Positions 5,098 through 7,277 of a DNA stretch of 7,277 bases are shown here, in pieces. Position numbers and translations under genes: made by a program. Each line of letters begins with the position of its first letter. Within the stretch, counting starts at the first letter, position 1. Origin of the DNA: Nitrososphaerota archaeon (lineage in GTDB: Archaea > Thermoproteota > Nitrososphaeria_A > Caldarchaeales > Calditenuaceae); assembly GCA_038741355.1 (NCBI GenBank), contig JAVYLC010000024.1, forward strand, positions 1,336 to 8,612, written 5' to 3'. A model generated the notes under the pieces. That model made no database searches and had not been told where the DNA came from. It saw only the letters and a program-made list of their open reading frames with translations.

Positions 5098-6324
5098 ATG
5101 GATGTAGAGGAGGCGCTAGAGAGGGGTGAAATCGCCCTCTACAAGCTGGACGAGCTTCTCGGGAGCAGTGTGGAGGCAACAGAGATTAGAAGGAGGTTCC
5201 TCGAAAAGAGGTTGGGTAAGGACCTCTCGGCACTCAAGTCCGACCTCCCCTTCGATCAGATAGTCGGGAGGAACTGCGAGAACACGATCGGTGCTGTGAG
5301 CATCCCTGTCGGCGTTGCTGGGCCCATAAAGGTCGAGGGCGCATACGCCTGCGGCGAATACTATGTCCCTCTAGCCACGACTGAGGGTGCTCTGGTTGCC
5401 AGCGTGAATAGGGGATGCGCCGCTGTGAGGGAGGCTGGGGGCGTCAGTGCGGTCGTTGTCGCCGACGCTATGACCAGGGCGCCTGTCTTCGAGACGCCGA
5501 GTCTTAGGCATAGTGTAGAGCTTGCAGGCTGGGTGAAGAGGGAGCGGGAGAGACTCAAGGAGGCGTTCAGCGAGACAACGCGCCACGGAGAGCTACTCGA
5601 CTTAAAGCCATTCGTTGTAGGAAGATACCTCTTTCTCAGGATAGAGGCTAGGACGGGCGACGCCATGGGTATGAATATGGTCACCCGTGGGGCGGAGCGT
5701 GTGGCCGAGAAAATAGTGGATGCTAACCCCTGGGCCAGGCATATAGCTCTGAGCGGAAACCTCTGCACGGACAAGAAGGCGGCGGCGGTCAACTGGATAC
5801 TGGGTCGGGGGAAGACGGTCACTGCGGAGGTCACCATTCCGCGGAGGGTTGTTGAGGAAAGACTCAAGACGACGCCCGAGGCGATGGAGAAGGTTGCTGT
5901 GACAAAGTTTTACCTAGGCTCGGCTAGGGCCGGAGTTCTCGGAGGGTTCAACGCACACGCCGCAAACATAATCGCCGCAATATTCCTCGCCACGGGCCAA
6001 GATCCGGCCCAAGTCGTCGAGTCAAGCTTCTGCCTCACGATGGTCGAGGCGCTCGATGAGGGCGTCTATGTCTCAGTCACGCTTCCCAGCCTAGAGCTTG
6101 GGACGGTCGGCGGAGGGACTTGGCTGCCGGCACAGAGGGCGGCCCTAGAGTTGATGGGTGTGGCGGGGCCCGGCGACCCGGCGGGGGCCAACGCCCTTAA
6201 GATGGCGGAGATAGTGGCGGCCACGGTCCTAGCGGGTGAGGTCTCACTCGTCGCGGCACTTGCAGCCCACCACCTCGTCAAGGCACACATGAAGCTGGGG
6301 CGCGGCTGGGGGTCGAAGGGCTAA
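5098..6324 (+). CDS. hmgA: 3-hydroxy-3-methylglutaryl-CoA reductase, class I (mevalonate pathway)
   Basis: Class I HMGR blocks are present: ENTIGAVSIPVGVAGP, PLATTEGALVASVNRGC, DAMGMNMV, GNLCTDKKAAAVNW and GTVGGGT. ATG 5098 is preferred over the GTG at 5089 used by the ORF track because of the TATA spacing and because MDVEEALERGEI... resembles known archaeal N-termini. Stop TAA at 6322-6324. Confidence 0.95.
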   Translation: MDVEEALERGEIALYKLDELLGSSVEATEIRRRFLEKRLGKDLSALKSDLPFDQIVGRNCENTIGAVSIPVGVAGPIKVEGAYACGEYYVPLATTEGALVASVNRGCAAVREAGGVSAVVVADAMTRAPVFETPSLRHSVELAGWVKRERERLKEAFSETTRHGELLDLKPFVVGRYLFLRIEARTGDAMGMNMVTRGAERVAEKIVDANPWARHIALSGNLCTDKKAAAVNWILGRGKTVTAEVTIPRRVVEERLKTTPEAMEKVAVTKFYLGSARAGVLGGFNAHAANIIAAIFLATGQDPAQVVESSFCLTMVEALDEGVYVSVTLPSLELGTVGGGTWLPAQRAALELMGVAGPGDPAGANALKMAEIVAATVLAGEVSLVAALAAHHLVKAHMKLGRGWGSKG

Positions 6325-6345
6325 AAGCCTAGGGACCACACACTT

Positions 6346-6355
6346 GAGGGTGAGG
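6346..6355 (+). promoter_or_regulatory. Shine-Dalgarno-like GAGGGTGAGG upstream of aIF2alpha
   Basis: This purine-rich GGTGA-containing element lies 8-17 nt upstream of ATG 6364. A second GGAGGG at 6358-6363 abuts the start codon. The 39-nt hmgA-eif2a spacer has no TATA-like box and no T-tract, which suggests co-transcription. Confidence 0.5.
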
Positions 6356-6363
6356 TTGGAGGG

Positions 6364-7158
6364 ATGAGTGTTAATAAGAGGTTTCCTCAGCAGGGCGAGT
6401 TGGTCATAGGGACAGTCACCAGGGTTATGAGGCATGGAGTGAATGTTAGGCTCGAAGAGTATGACGGACTCGAGGCCTTCGTCCCACTCTCGGAGATCTC
6501 GATGAAGTGGGTGCGAAACATCAGGGACTATCTCAGAGAGGGACAGAGGACGGTCTTCAGGGTGGTTAGGAGCTCGCCTGAGAACCTCCAAGTCGATGTC
6601 TCGCTGAGGCGGGTTACGCTGAAGGAGAGGGCCGAGAAGATGGCTGAGTGGAACAGGGTCGTGAAGGTCTCGAAGATGCTCTCAATCCTGGCCGAGAAGA
6701 CAGGTGTTGACAAGTCAGTGATAGAGGAGGGGCTGGTCAAGCCCGCCGCCGAAAGGCACGTAGACCTATACGGGCTCATGGAGGACATAGCCTCCGGGGA
6801 CGAAGTACCTCAGTGGGTGAGCCTCCCCAAAGAGGTTAAGGACGCCTTAGCCGAGCTCTGCAAGAAGGAGATTAAGAAGACCGTGAGCGTCTCAAAAGTC
6901 CCGATCAGACTCTACGCTGGGAGGAGCGGTGTTGGAGTTATCAGGAGGGCGGCCCAAGAGGCTATGAGCCTGGCCGGGAGCGGAGAGAAGCTCTCAATAA
7001 CCGTGATAGGCCCGCCAAGATATCTCTTAAGGGTGGAGGCCGCAACACCTGAGAGGGTGGAGGAGCTTAAACAACAGGCGCTAAACAGGATGGCACAGAT
7101 TATGTCTGAGCACGGTGGCGTGGCAGCTATTGAAGAGGAGGAAGCAAAGAAGAAATGA
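6364..7158 (+). CDS. eif2a: Translation initiation factor 2 subunit alpha (aIF2alpha)
   Basis: The N-terminal S1 domain reads P.QGELVIGTVTRVMRHGVNVRLEEYDGLEAFVPLSEISMKWVRNIRDYLREGQ. The 264-aa length and overall layout are collinear, as I recall them, with Sulfolobus and Pyrococcus aIF2alpha. The gene is followed by nop10, as in the conserved archaeal cluster. Confidence 0.95.
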   Translation: MSVNKRFPQQGELVIGTVTRVMRHGVNVRLEEYDGLEAFVPLSEISMKWVRNIRDYLREGQRTVFRVVRSSPENLQVDVSLRRVTLKERAEKMAEWNRVVKVSKMLSILAEKTGVDKSVIEEGLVKPAAERHVDLYGLMEDIASGDEVPQWVSLPKEVKDALAELCKKEIKKTVSVSKVPIRLYAGRSGVGVIRRAAQEAMSLAGSGEKLSITVIGPPRYLLRVEAATPERVEELKQQALNRMAQIMSEHGGVAAIEEEEAKKK

Positions 7159-7277
7159 GGCTTCGGAGATGTTCCGCCTGCTGGCGCTACACGTTGCGAA
7201 CCGATAGATGCCCAGTCTGTGGAGGAGATCTGATTAACCCGCATCCACCTGCCAGAATGTTGAGTGAGAGTGAGTTA
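7155..7277 (+). CDS. nop10: H/ACA RNP protein Nop10, 3'-truncated by the window edge
   Basis: ATG 7155-7157 overlaps the eif2a stop TGA 7156-7158 (ATGA). The translation is MRLRRCSACWRYTLRTDRCPVCGGDLINPHPPARMLSESEL. It carries the Nop10 zinc ribbon C-x2-C-x9-C-x2-C with the YTL and HPP landmarks. The frame is open to the window end (41 codons of an expected ~55-60). Confidence 0.85.
   Translation, partial: MRLRRCSACWRYTLRTDRCPVCGGDLINPHPPARMLSESEL

Noticed and set aside
5361-5867. 168-aa minus-strand ORF (and 5371..5586) antisense to hmgA
   Set aside because: It lies entirely inside a confidently identified HMG-CoA reductase gene. Its translation is Ser/Thr/Ala/Leu/Arg-rich low-complexity sequence with no motif. 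Long antisense ORFs like this are typical of GC-rich coding DNA.
6066-7244. Minus-strand ORFs 6066..6290, 6244..6591, 6528..6788 and 6912..7244
   Set aside because: They are antisense to hmgA, eif2a and nop10, all of which have clear family signatures. The ORFs are low-complexity and have no independent signals.
1-7277. Search for CRISPR repeats, tRNA/rRNA genes, IS elements, integrases, toxin-antitoxin or defence genes, and inteins in lig, cysS or hmgA
   Set aside because: There are no regularly spaced direct repeats and no T-loop (GTTCRANYC) or acceptor-stem patterns. No ORF has a transposase, integrase or nuclease signature. All housekeeping proteins are of normal or short length with uninterrupted motif order, so there is no intein insertion.

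Overview
This window looks like ordinary archaeal core genome. GC is roughly mid-50s % by eye (not computed). Arg is mostly AGG/AGA and Ile is often ATA. TATA-like boxes sit about 27-31 nt upstream of several start codons, which suggests leaderless mRNAs. An aIF2alpha-Nop10 gene pair is present. Together these point to a hyperthermophilic Thermoproteota (Crenarchaeota)-like organism; species cannot be assigned from the sequence alone.

Gene order:
- cysS (5'-truncated, +)
- a ~530-bp decayed non-coding gap holding an aldo/keto-reductase gene remnant, a start-less 4-Cys zinc-ribbon frame and a 10-bp inverted repeat
- sugar-phosphate nucleotidyltransferase (+)
- 107-aa orphan ORF (+), converging on and overlapping Ard1-type N-acetyltransferase (-)
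- divergent promoter region containing a strong G-quadruplex motif
- compact 532-aa ATP-dependent DNA ligase (+)
- class I HMG-CoA reductase (+)
- aIF2alpha (+)
- Nop10 (+, 3'-truncated)

I see no CRISPR array, tRNA/rRNA gene, transposase, integrase, toxin-antitoxin or defence-type gene, and no convincing evidence for a novel multi-gene system. The points worth a second look are all modest:
- the G4 tract between the ard1 and lig promoters
- the decayed cysS-downstream gap
- the unusually compact LigB-like ligase
- the orphan 107-aa ORF
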